Positions 1 to 9,507 of a DNA stretch of 32,000 nucleotides are shown here, piece by piece. How positions within the stretch are numbered: the stretch's first letter is position 1; each line of letters begins with the position of its first letter. The position numbers and the translations under genes were made by a program. The notes under the pieces were generated by a model, which saw only the letters and a program-made list of their open reading frames with translations, was not told where the DNA came from and made no database searches. Source of the DNA: Candidatus Midichloria mitochondrii IricVA (GTDB taxonomy: Bacteria; Pseudomonadota; Alphaproteobacteria; Rickettsiales; Midichloriaceae); the NCBI RefSeq assembly GCF_000219355.1, contig NC_015722.1, positions 1,140,001-1,172,000 of the forward strand. The letters are read 5' to 3'.

Positions 1-505
1 ATTGCTCAGTGTTTTTGCTTATATACCACCGATCTCCGAATAGAAGGCCTGTCAAATATTGAGTCAGTTTTTTCGACAACGGCTCGATCATCTGTATTAC
101 CCGAAGTCAGTGTGAATGACATAATCTCTCCTTGATCATTGAGAGAACCACCTTAAAGCCAAAGAACCGCATTAGCTCAACAAAGCGATTTGTAGCTGAC
201 AAGCTTCGGCAATTCCTCTCTGAGAGAGATTTGAACACAGTTTAGGTAAAAATCTTTGATCCGGTAATGCCCTCAAATGAAACAAAACGAGGATCGTTAT
301 AACTCTCGGAAAGCATCATCCTAGACTCTCGTTTCCTTTGTCTCTGCGAGTTTCTTAAGGATCTTTGGTACATGAGTTGTTGCTTGCAAAAATCATCAAT
401 CAAACAAAATATTTCTACTAGGGGAACCACTTTCCTTATTTATCGTGAAATTGAGAAAAACTTAATGGTTACACAGCTTCTTTAAAACTTACCTCGAACT
501 GGTGT
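1..505 (-). mobile_element. IS982-family insertion sequence, degraded copy truncated by the window edge
   Basis: Nucleotide-level collinearity with the copies at 18215-19147 and 28615-29557. N-terminal transposase frame MVPLVEIFCLIDDFCK at 430-242. Element terminus CTGGTGT at 499-505. Relative to the other copies it has a ~160-bp internal deletion (junction near 168), a 15-bp insertion (144-158), and has lost one unit of an 11-bp direct repeat in the leader. Reading frame is broken. Confidence 0.8.
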
Positions 506-776
506 TAAATTGGTTATATTCCTATATATTAGTGGTATCGATATTACAACTCAACACATTCGACGATTATCACGCAAGCCCTGTATCGAAGCAGCACGGA
601 GCACACAGAAATCGTTAATTCAGTCAAGAACCTTTTACATGCTACTTACAGATTAAGGGCAGAAAATGGGATCCAAGAATATCCACTTCCTACCACCTGC
701 TTGTTTCACAGCTTAAGCATTAGGCTCAACTTTGGGACTGGTCTCTTGAGGCAGCGCTTGGGTGTTATCTTCCGCA

Positions 777-1055
777 TCAGAAGGGTTCTGCGCTACTCTC
801 TTGCTTAAGCTCATTGTTTGCTGCTTCAAGTGCATAATAACATAATTCTTCGAATTCAACGCTATTATCCGCTGCAAGTTTCTGTATTTTGATTAAGCTT
901 TCTACTATTTGAGGAGGAACCTGCCCTCCGCGCTCTTTGCTAAGCCAATCTGCTTGGAAATGGATCGGGCTATGGGTGGGTTCAGGGTTTCCTATATAGA
1001 GCGGCACCACAGACCTACTTCCCCCAAAAAAGCAAGGCACCTCAAATTTTTTCAT
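777..1055 (-). CDS. Small conserved hypothetical protein, resembles the alphaproteobacterial DUF2610 family
   Basis: 92-aa ORF. MKKFEVPCFFGG...YIGNPEP..P...QADWLSKERGG.VP..I..S......LA..N.V.FEELC.YA matches my recollection of the DUF2610 pattern. Assigned from memory of the family only. Confidence 0.5.
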   Translation of the reverse strand: MKKFEVPCFFGGSRSVVPLYIGNPEPTHSPIHFQADWLSKERGGQVPPQIVESLIKIQKLAADNSVEFEELCYYALEAANNELKQESSAEPF

Positions 1056-1140
1056 GACAGTATGAAATCAAATAATCTTTTATAGACTAATGGTATTATT
1101 TTTAATGAATAACTACAATTTATTTTTACGTTTTTGATTT

Positions 1141-1176
1141 AAAACGACTCCCCAGCTTACTGCTAAACTAGGGAGT
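1141..1176 (-). terminator. Weak candidate rho-independent terminator downstream of dnaK
   Basis: On the minus strand: ACTCCC (1147-1152 on plus), an 18-nt loop, GGGAGT (1171-1176 on plus), then CGTTTT. Only a 6-bp stem and a short T tract. Confidence 0.3.
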
Positions 1177-1189
1177 GATATTTTATAAA

Positions 1190-3085
1190 TTATTTTTTAT
1201 CATTTGAGTCTTCATATTCAGCATCAACAACTTTTTCTTGAGGGTCGGCTGAAGAATTTTGATCAGCGCCACCTTGCTGTTGATCTTGAGAATATACGTA
1301 CTGACCTATTTTAACCGTAAGTTCGGTTAGAGCCTCGGTTTTTTGTTTGATAGAGTCAGCATCTGCACCTTCCATAACCTCTTTAAGAGCCTTGATCGCA
1401 TCTTCAATTGACGACTTATCTGGAGCTGGAATTTTATCTCCATGCTCTTTTAAGCTCTTTTCAGTTGAATAAATCATAGAATCAGCATGGTTTTTTGCTT
1501 CTATCAATGCCTTCTTGGCTTCATCCGCACTTGCATTTTCTTCAGCATCTCGAAGCATTTTATTGATTTCATCTTCGCTTAGCCCACCTGAAGATTGAAT
1601 GGTAATTTTTTGTTCTTTACCAGTTGCTTTATCCTTAGCAGATACATGCAATATACCGTTTGCGTCCACATCAAAAGCCACCTCAATTTGCGGTAAGCCA
1701 CGAGGCGCTGGCGCTATCCCTTCTAAGTTAAATTGACCTAAAAATTTATTTGCAGAAGCCTCTTTTCGCTCGCCTTGGAATACTCTAATTGTTACCGCAT
1801 TTTGATTGTCCTCAGCTGTTGAGAAAATCTGTGATTTTTTAGTTGGTATGGTTGTATTCCTTTCAATAAGCGGAGTGAATACCCCCCCAAGGGTTTCAAT
1901 ACCAATAGAAAGGGGCGTAACATCAAGAAGTACTACGTCCTTCACATCGCCACTCAAAACTGCACCTTGAATTGCCGCACCAATTGCTACAACTTCGTCA
2001 GGATTCACTCCCTTATGTGGCTCTTTACCAAAAAATTCTTTAACCTTTTGTATAACCTTTGGCATCCTTGTCATTCCACCAACAAGCACTACATCATCAA
2101 TTTTGCTGGCGTCTAAAGCCGCATCTTTTAATGCGGCTTTACAAGGCTGAATTGTTTTTTCTATTAAATCATCGACCAAACTTTCTAATTTAGACCTCGT
2201 CATCTTAAGATTTAGGTGCTTAGGCCCACTAGCATCTGCTGTGATATAAGGCAAGTTAATTTCTGTTTCCATGCTAGTTGAAAGCTCGATTTTGGCTTTC
2301 TCCGCCGCTTCTTTTAGTCGTTGTAATGCAAGAGGATCTTTCATTAGATCAATACCAGAACTAGCTTTAAATTCTTTTACTAAATAATCCAGAATGCGTT
2401 GATCAAAGTCTTCACCGCCCAAAAATGTGTCACCATTTGTTGATTTCACTTCAAAAACACCATCGCCTATTTCCAAAATGGAAATATCAAAGGTACCGCC
2501 ACCTAAGTCGTATACTGCGATTGTTTTACTGCCCGCTTTATCAAGACCATATGCAAGCGCTGCTGCTGTTGGTTCGTTTATAATTCTTAAAACTTCAAGA
2601 CCAGCTATTTTACCAGCATCTTTTGTTGCTTGGCGCTGTGCGTCATTGAAATATGCAGGCACTGTAATCACCGCTTTAGTGACCTTTTCTCCTAAGAAAT
2701 TCTCAGCTGACTCTTTCATTTTTTGTAAGACCATGGCACCAATTTGACCAGGGGCCATTAGCTCTCCTTTGACGTCAATCCAAGTATCACCATTTTTTGC
2801 TTTTGCTATTTTATAAGGAGATTTGGCCACAAGCTCACTTGTTTTAGGATCAGAAAAAGCTAAACCCATTAGCCTTTTGCTTGAAAAAATCGTATTTTGT
2901 GGATTAGTCACAGCTTGCCTTTTTGCGGCTTGACCGACTAATCTGTCACCATTGCCGGTAAATGCTACTATTGAAGGAGTGGTTCTTGCTCCTTCGGCAT
3001 TTTCGACAACTCTCGGATTTTTCCCATCCATAATAGCCACACAAGAGTTTGTCGTTCCCAAATCTATTCCTATAATTTTACTCAT
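1190..3085 (-). CDS. dnaK: Molecular chaperone DnaK (Hsp70)
   Basis: Long ORF with Hsp70 signatures [29 protein letters not shown] and an acidic C-terminal tail. The start is more likely [10 protein letters not shown] (3085) than the upstream ATG at 3097. Confidence 0.97.
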   Translation of the reverse strand: MSKIIGIDLGTTNSCVAIMDGKNPRVVENAEGARTTPSIVAFTGNGDRLVGQAAKRQAVTNPQNTIFSSKRLMGLAFSDPKTSELVAKSPYKIAKAKNGDTWIDVKGELMAPGQIGAMVLQKMKESAENFLGEKVTKAVITVPAYFNDAQRQATKDAGKIAGLEVLRIINEPTAAALAYGLDKAGSKTIAVYDLGGGTFDISILEIGDGVFEVKSTNGDTFLGGEDFDQRILDYLVKEFKASSGIDLMKDPLALQRLKEAAEKAKIELSTSMETEINLPYITADASGPKHLNLKMTRSKLESLVDDLIEKTIQPCKAALKDAALDASKIDDVVLVGGMTRMPKVIQKVKEFFGKEPHKGVNPDEVVAIGAAIQGAVLSGDVKDVVLLDVTPLSIGIETLGGVFTPLIERNTTIPTKKSQIFSTAEDNQNAVTIRVFQGERKEASANKFLGQFNLEGIAPAPRGLPQIEVAFDVDANGILHVSAKDKATGKEQKITIQSSGGLSEDEINKMLRDAEENASADEAKKALIEAKNHADSMIYSTEKSLKEHGDKIPAPDKSSIEDAIKALKEVMEGADADSIKQKTEALTELTVKIGQYVYSQDQQQGGADQNSSADPQEKVVDAEYEDSNDKK

Positions 3086-3119
3086 GTCTATTACCAAATT
3101 AATAATTGCTTAATTGCCC

Positions 3120-3148
3120 ATATAGTTCGAGCTATAGCGTTCTACAAG
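3120..3148 (-). promoter_or_regulatory. Candidate RpoH (sigma-32)-type heat-shock promoter of dnaK
   Basis: Minus strand reads CTTG-N18-ACTATAT, about 35 nt upstream of the dnaK start. It resembles the alphaproteobacterial RpoH consensus CTTG-N17-CYTATNT with one mismatch and one extra spacer base. AT-rich background makes chance matches likely. Confidence 0.3.
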
Positions 3149-3258
3149 AGCGGTGACAAAAATAAATTCTCGTCCAACCTCAAGAAGTATGAAGAACGGT
3201 TGTATGCTAAAAATAATGAGTAAGATTAAACACTCTTAAACATTATATAGCGGCTAAC

Positions 3259-3585
3259 CTAACAATGACCTTTTAGCCAGTTATTAAACCCTACATTATG
3301 TGACTCTACATTAAAAGAAATGAGACATGAAACGGAATATGGATGGCAATCTTTAATTAACTTACAAACTTTATCAGAATGCACTTCCAAGGTTTTAACT
3401 AGCATAATTACTTCATCACAATTTTCCAGTTTACCCTCCCATTTATAAATCGAACTGACGTTGTCTATAATATTGACACAAACAGGTATCTGATTTTCAA
3501 TAATCTTCCTAGCAATAAAAGCTGCCTCCTCTTTTGAGGAAAGAGTTGTATAAAACATTGCTAATTTATTGTTTTCTAATGACAC
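3259..3585 (-). CDS. cutA: Divalent-cation tolerance protein CutA
   Basis: 108-aa ORF. The CutA1 pattern is visible: EEA..IA..I......CVNII..VSSIYKWEGK......E..MLVKT.......L...I...HPY. Confidence 0.85.
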   Translation of the reverse strand: MSLENNKLAMFYTTLSSKEEAAFIARKIIENQIPVCVNIIDNVSSIYKWEGKLENCDEVIMLVKTLEVHSDKVCKLIKDCHPYSVSCLISFNVESHNVGFNNWLKGHC

Positions 3586-3850
3586 GACCTTTTACAATTT
3601 GACCATCTATTACCGTTGCAGGCACATATTCTCCAGGAGAATCAAAGTACAGAGAGAATATAATAAAAAGTATGAAGAATATACTGGCAAGTATTAAAAA
3701 CTGTATAAACGCTTTCAATAAATTTTCATTCATAAATGACGGTACGGGAAGAGCCCGCGCGATTGCCTCCTTTTTAGCCTTATTATATAATACACAGTAT
3801 ATAAATATTGGTATCAAGGAGACCAGTACCACAATTAAAATCCGTATCAT
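3566..3850 (-). CDS. Small membrane protein, function unknown
   Basis: 94-aa ORF with two clear hydrophobic helices. It overlaps the cutA start by 20 nt, suggesting operon coupling. Confidence 0.5.
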   Translation of the reverse strand: MIRILIVVLVSLIPIFIYCVLYNKAKKEAIARALPVPSFMNENLLKAFIQFLILASIFFILFIIFSLYFDSPGEYVPATVIDGQIVKGRVIRKQ

Positions 3851-3881
3851 AAAAGAAGACCTAATTAATATTATTTAGATA

Positions 3882-4252
3882 TACAGGTAGCCTATAAGCC
3901 GGGTTCTGTAAAGGAAAAACCTTTGATGGCTATTCATCTGGTCTAGGTATTGCTACCTGTGATCATGCGACTTACCCGCATATATACACTTAAGAACTTG
4001 TGTGCGATCATTCATCGCTATATGCCTATATAGTCTTGCTTAATGATGGGGTTTACCATGCGACATATATTGCTATAAGCCCGGTGAGCTCTTACCTCAC
4101 CTTTTCACCCTTACTATGTAAGATAGCGGTATATTTTCTGTGGCACTCTCCCTAAGATTACTCTCGCCGGACGTTATCCGGCATCATTGTTCTTTAAAGC
4201 CCGGACTTTCCTCTATAGCAAAAAGCTACAGCAACCATCCAGCTACCTGCGC
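3882..4252 (-). ncRNA. rnpB: RNase P RNA (bacterial type A)
   Basis: The minus strand contains the universal GAGGAAAGTCCGGGC (reverse complement of 4197-4213 region), GGTAAGAGCTCACCGGGC, and the 3' ACAGAACCCGGCTTAT. The 5' CAGGTAGC (4242-4249) pairs with the 3' GCTACCTG (3884-3891) as helix P1. About 370 nt. Confidence 0.88.
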
Positions 4253-4341
4253 CTTTATTAATATACCATTTTTGTGTTAAAGGCCATAATTATCTACACT
4301 TACAACTGGCATTGCCTAATATTTATAGATAGGAGTCTAAT

Positions 4342-4578
4342 ATGTGGCATGCATATGGTAGTGCCGTAGGTTTATTTGGTATGCATCACTGGCAGAAAGG
4401 TCAAGGTATGGACCCAGCCGCCAAACATAAAGCACAAGCTGCTATAGAGGAAAAAGAACAATCTAAAATTGGATATGCCAACAGCGCTGAACAAATTGAA
4501 GAATGGTATCAAGAAAGTAGTGACAGAAATAAAAAAATAGAGGCTCTGCTTGATAATTTATCAAAGGATCGTTGTTGA
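4342..4578 (+). CDS. Hypothetical protein (78 aa)
   Basis: ORF preceded by AGGAG 7 nt upstream of the ATG. No recognisable family. Confidence 0.4.
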   Translation: MWHAYGSAVGLFGMHHWQKGQGMDPAAKHKAQAAIEEKEQSKIGYANSAEQIEEWYQESSDRNKKIEALLDNLSKDRC

Positions 4579-4770
4579 TACCTATAGCATAAATGAGATG
4601 GATAAATTCAAGATTACGTCTCAAATATCAGGATGACATACCATATTGAATCAGAATTTAGCACAGGTCCATTCATAGGGGTTTTTAGTATGATTGTATT
4701 TCAAATGAGTATGTGTTTACTTCAAACTAGGGATATTTAACTACCTACTTAAAATTTTAGGTTATAACAC

Positions 4771-6090
4771 ATGGATAGAATAGCAATTATAGGAGCAGGT
4801 CCTGCTGGCCTTACCGCTGCTTATCGTCTACATAAGGCAAATCTGGATATTGACGTATTTGAAGCAAGAGATAGAGTAGGTGGTAGAGTTTTTACAGTAC
4901 TAATGGAAAATTACCTTGGTCAAAAAAACAGAAGTAGAACTTGGAGGGCAAAATATTACTGATGGTGGAGAAGCTGTAAATTTATTAAAGTTGATAAAAG
5001 AATTAAATCTTACGGTACAAGAAAAACCAATCAAATTAAATTTAAATGTATATTTTAACGGTTATTACTACGATTTTGATAAACTGGTGAAAAATCATGA
5101 TAAAACTTATAAAGATCTTTCACTTCTAGCAAATAGTGCAAATAATATAGGCAATTTAATAGACATATTTTGTGCAGAGAATAAAATTCTCAGGCAAGCA
5201 CTCATTACCAGAGTAACTGCTTATGAAGGTGTGGATGCTTATCAGCAATCTATTTATCATAACCTCTAGAGACTTTAGAATACATGCTAGCCAATGGGCT
5301 CTCAAAATTCCATAGATCACATACAGATGAAAATCATTATATCGTGACTAGTTATATTTCTCTTGGCAATGCTCTTTTGCCAATGTCTATTGCAGAGGTT
5401 ATAAAGGATAATATCTACCTGAATAAGGTGTTGTCTAAGATTAGTTTTGATGATAGCACTGTAAAAATAGAATTTACTGATCAATCTTGTTGTAACTATG
5501 ATTTAGTAGTATTAGCTATACCTGCTTCTACATTTGAGTCTATAGATTTTTCCAATATTGAAAGTAAACTGTCTGATATTAATGCAATTCAATACGGCAA
5601 GAACTTTAAAATTGCCATGCCAGTTAATTTAAGTACAGCAAATTCTTATCGTTCTGTAGTAACAGACAGTACAAATCATGATGAGACTATACAATTAGTA
5701 TATGCTCATAAACCAATATCAAATCCATCGAAATTCATGAATATTACTGCTACAGGCTTTGGCATACCACAGCAGGAATTTGTAAACGAGCCATTACAGG
5801 TGACACAACAAAACTATAATGTTTATAAAGAACCTATTATGCATTATTGGCATCATGATATTTATTCCATGGGCTCCTATTCAGGATATTCTACTTCAAG
5901 CTCCAAAGAACTTGATAACATTACTTATCATGATGATACATGCTATAAAACAATGTTTTTACCCATTCAAGATACTATATTTTTTGTTGGCGAACATACA
6001 ACTATTTTAGAGTGTATAGGCACAATAGAAGCTGCTGTTGAATCAGGTGAGCGTGTAGCACAAGCGATTATAAAAAAATATAAAAAATGA
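4771..6090 (+). pseudogene. Flavin-containing amine oxidase (FAD-dependent), split into three frames
   Basis: N-terminal Rossmann motif IAIIGAGPAGLTAAYRL...FEARDRVGGRV. C-terminal FFVGEHT....G.IE.AVESGERVA is typical of the amine oxidase family. Frame changes at the A7 run 4922-4928 and near 5262-5267. Confidence 0.8.
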
Positions 6091-6158
6091 TTTCTATCTC
6101 CATTAATTAATGAGTTGACTGCTAAAATTTATTCAGCATTCATGATAGTTATAATAAT

Positions 6159-6470
6159 ATGAGGTTCAAACTATTTAATATGGATAACGTCATAAAACAA
6201 AGATTAAAATTAGAACAAAAAAAAGCTGATATACTTATGCAAGAGGCTAAAATGAAAATTAGAGAAAGAAAAGCTCGTACTCGTCATTTAATTGAATTGG
6301 GAGGATTAGTTGTTAAAGCTAAACTCGACCGCCTGCCAGCCAATAGCTTACTTGAAGCCTTGGTTTCTTTACAAAATGAGTTGATTCAGCATCCACATGT
6401 TCAAGATCAATGGACTCAAGCTGGCAAAAATATTTTTGATCAGAAAAATGATCAAAATCTGTTATCTTAG
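6159..6470 (+). CDS. traD: Ti-plasmid-type conjugal transfer protein TraD-like (small TraD)
   Basis: 103-aa ORF. The core RERKARTRHLIELGGLVVKAKL.......LL.AL matches the RKRDTREKIELGGLIVKAGL core of the small Ti-plasmid TraD, which Rickettsia/Orientia conjugative elements also carry (traD_Ti). Confidence 0.65.
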   Translation: MRFKLFNMDNVIKQRLKLEQKKADILMQEAKMKIRERKARTRHLIELGGLVVKAKLDRLPANSLLEALVSLQNELIQHPHVQDQWTQAGKNIFDQKNDQNLLS

Positions 6471-6506
6471 GTTTCAGCTTATTGAGTTTTGTATTTAAAC
6501 ACGTAT

Positions 6507-7100
6507 TTATACAATACTTAACTGTTTTTGAATATCTGGCGTTTCTAGATAACCAGCAAAAGGTATAAAAGTATGTAGAGTTTCTAAAGTGGTTTTTTGT
6601 ATTTTATCTAGAGGTTTGGCAGATATAGTCTGCATGTTGTGTAGTCTATCGCATAGCTTAATTAATAGTAAATCTTTTTTATTTTCTTGATATAATATTC
6701 TTAACATTTCTACTGAGCTGATTTTCCTATCATGTTTGATTCTGGTTCAATCCGCAACATAGTCTGTGATTTTATTATTAAACTCTTTAGCAATTGTTTC
6801 TTTCATAAGCTCTGTATCTTCTATACAATCATGTAGTATTGCTGCAATTATTATATCTGTCTTAAATAAATAATCAGCTACTATATATGCTACTTCTATA
6901 GAATGAGAAAAGTACAGCTCCCCTGTTGCCCTTCTTTGATTATTGTGATACTTGCAAGCTATATAAAGAGCTTTGCTTATTTTATCGCAATCAACCTTAA
7001 TTTGAGACTTGCTATTCTTTGACAACAACTTATCTATTAACCTTTTGCTATAACGACAATCTATAGCAAGCTTTTCTATATCATCAGACTTAGCTTCCAT
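6507..7100 (-). pseudogene. spoT: SpoT/RelA-like HD-domain (p)ppGpp hydrolase, small paralogue, interrupted by an in-frame TGA
   Basis: YFSHSIEVA......D..II.AAILHDCIEDT in the 5' ORF and LLIKLCDRLHNMQTI in the 3' ORF form the HD-domain signature. Both ORFs are in the same frame, separated by a single TGA at 6744-6746. Confidence 0.8.
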
Positions 7101-7175
7101 AAGTTTCCCTTCTGCAATTTTTAGATGCTCCTATCTATATTGGCGATAATAATCCTACTTTGTAGTGTTAATTAA

Positions 7176-8146
7176 CTATCCAATATTATCATATATAAAA
7201 TCATCGAGCAGAGGTAATTTCACTGGTAAATTACAGATGATAGTAGAGATTTTACCTTTCATACTTGTCACCTCTATTTCCCCGTGTAGCTCATCGATTA
7301 GGCGTTTAACAAATTTTAACCCTGATACCATTTCTTCACATTGAGTATCAAATTCATCAAATTCTTTACGTAAATATTCCTGTAGTTCTCTGCTTAAACC
7401 AATTCCTGTATCATGTACGATAAATTGCAACACCATTTCTCTCTTGTGCTGCTCTGATTCTGATAATGCTGGGCTCATTGCAAACATATTAACTGTTACC
7501 ACTACAGTACCTTTATTGGTAAATCTGATTCCATTATCTATTAATTGCTCAAGTATGGACTCTATTCTATGGCTGTCACTCACTACTGCATTGGTAATTT
7601 GATACTGAAAATTATAAGAGAGATTTATTCCTTTATCTTTAGCAACTGGTCTTGCTTTATCTATAATCTTATTTACTAGTGATTCTAGATGAAATTTCTT
7701 TAACTCTATAAGAGGAAGACCAGTGCTACTATGTAAATCCTTACTTAATTTATCATAGTAACTTAGAAGACTTTCGGTATAATCTACTATACTGGCTATA
7801 TAATTCCTTTTTGCACATCATCTTCTAATTCATGCAGTACTGCTACTAATGCAAAAATCGTATTACAGGGTATCTTTAAATTATAGACTATATTTTGAAT
7901 GAGATTTTTGTTAATCAATTCCACCTGTTTTAACCTACCTGTTAACTCTTGCAGCTCTGACTTGTATTTAACTATATCAGAATAATCTGCTGCTAAGTAA
8001 TCTACATTGGCTCCTTCATTGGATAGTGATTCAAATGATGGTATTAATGTAACAGATATTGGTGATAATTGGATTTGCCAGTTATGTTTGATAGAATTTT
8101 TAAGCTGATTGATATCTTTTCCTTGATTCTCGTTGTTAATTGTCAT
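7176..8146 (-). pseudogene. Cytoplasmic histidine kinase, frameshifted and with a degenerate H-box
   Basis: HATPase_c motifs are present (N-box LIDNGIRFT, G1 DTGIGL). The HisKA-like helix reads IVYNLKIPCNTI (compare SHELRTPLNAI), with Tyr at the phospho-His position. The frame changes at the T5 run 7808-7812, and the reading frame continues upstream of the tracked 7583 start. Confidence 0.75.
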
Positions 8147-8533
8147 ACTCTGCCTCTGCTGTTTTATGTTGTGAAATAGTAGCTAGAGGTTAAATGTTAG
8201 AATTTTAGAGTTTTATAATTTAACCTCTATGCTTAACGTTATCTCATATAACGTCAAGTCACAGATATCCCAGCTGTTTTTGGAAGTACAGAGGATTTGA
8301 GAGCTTTTTTGACAGATTTTTTCATAATATGACAAACAGCTGCACAAATGAGACACTGATAAAATACTAAAAATATACTGCCTCAATTCTGTATCACCAC
8401 ATATAATTGAAATTAGTAAAATTACTATACCAAAAAAACATCTATAAAACCTTGTAAATGCAGTATTACAGTGGCATTTGAGGCTGTTTTATAATATAAT
8501 CTTTAGTAGAAATAATTAAGATCAATCACAGTT

Positions 8534-9340
8534 ATGTCAGTAAACAAAACAGATAAACCTCAACCATTCTTACAATGGGTCGGAGGCAAAAGAAAAATAG
8601 TTGATCAATTGGTTCAATTTATCCCTGTAAATGTAAATAACTACTATGAATCATTCCTTGGTGGTGGGGCTTTATTCTTCCATGTAAAAGATAAGTTAAC
8701 ATTGTATCTATCTGATATTAATCTAGAGCTAGTGACCTCCTACAATATGATAAAGAAAAATCTTGATGAGGTCAGTAAATTACTAGACTCCCATAAAGAA
8801 CAACACTCTAAAAAACATTATTATCAAGTTAGGAGTAACAATGATAGTAATGATCCAGCAAAAAATTACTGCAGGTTTATTTATCTGAATAGATATTCAT
8901 TTAAAGGCATTTACCGAGTTAATATCAACGATAAACCAGCTCAAACTTTCTCTGGCAGAAATTATGCCAAATCTGATATTGCCTCTAGATTAAAACAATG
9001 TAGCAACCTGCTTGCTGGAACATTTATTTTTGCTACGGATTTTTCTTTCATTGAACCACAACAAAATGATTTCGTGTACTTTGATCCTCCTTATCATAAA
9101 TCAGGTGAGAAGTTTTATACCAGATTACCTTTTGATGAAAGTGAGCAAACGAGACTTAGAGATTTTGCCCTAGAGCTAAACAATAAAGGAGTTAAAATAA
9201 CGATTTCTAACAGTGACACTCCTTTTATTAGAGACTTATATAAGAATTTCAATATTAGTACTATTAAAGTTAAATATTCCATGCCTGAACATAATAAAAC
9301 AGCTGATGAGGTCATAGTAACCAATTACGTAATAGATTAA
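8534..9340 (+). CDS. dam: Dam-family (D12 class) DNA N6-adenine methyltransferase, apparently orphan
   Basis: N-terminal FLQWVGGKRKI...YYESFLGGGALFF (AdoMet-binding region) and the catalytic FDPPYH motif. 268 aa, uninterrupted. Confidence 0.9.
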   Translation: MSVNKTDKPQPFLQWVGGKRKIVDQLVQFIPVNVNNYYESFLGGGALFFHVKDKLTLYLSDINLELVTSYNMIKKNLDEVSKLLDSHKEQHSKKHYYQVRSNNDSNDPAKNYCRFIYLNRYSFKGIYRVNINDKPAQTFSGRNYAKSDIASRLKQCSNLLAGTFIFATDFSFIEPQQNDFVYFDPPYHKSGEKFYTRLPFDESEQTRLRDFALELNNKGVKITISNSDTPFIRDLYKNFNISTIKVKYSMPEHNKTADEVIVTNYVID

Positions 9341-9507
9341 ACTACTGCACCTAATATAACACTTATGCTTTATTCGCTTCTGCACCCAAGTTTTGGTTGT
9401 CTTGAAATTTCATTAATTCAAAAGTAAAGCTTTGAGATTCAAAGGCTTCTGCTGGATCTCGCATATAACGATTCCTGACATAATAATCATTGAAAGCTGA
9501 TGTTGAT

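Noticed and set aside
540-776. The relatively GC-richer stretch between the IS end and the DUF2610-like gene as a possible gene remnant or small RNA.
   Set aside because: Only a ~49-codon start-less frame with no recognisable motif, and no convincing secondary structure or conserved RNA motif.
2427-2747. Antisense or shadow ORFs in the six-frame track. These are 2427-2747 in dnaK, 3672-3878, 5819-6010, 9115-9324 in dam, 11301-11525, 13516-13701 in the DASS gene, 14792-15328 and 15824-16120 in radA, 16655-16897 in cvpA, 19675-19947 in cyt b561, 22469-22777 in petB, 23354-23596 in petA, 25963-26181 and 27157-27363 in the kinase-like gene, and 30163-30399 in the SLT gene.
   Set aside because: Each lies entirely inside, and antisense or out of frame to, a longer ORF with clear family motifs. 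Their translations are low-complexity or hydrophobic noise with no motifs.
777-3097. dnaK without an adjacent dnaJ or grpE as a possible anomaly.
   Set aside because: Chaperone gene order varies, and an IS copy lies just downstream. Absence from this window says nothing about absence from the genome.
6744-6746. In-frame TGA in spoT as evidence for TGA=Trp recoding (genetic code 4).
   Set aside because: TGA is used as a genuine stop for the EamA transporter (17812-17814) and the ABC ATPase (31910-31912). Conserved Trp positions use TGG. Other pseudogenes here carry TAA and TAG in-frame stops. Ordinary nonsense decay is the simpler reading.
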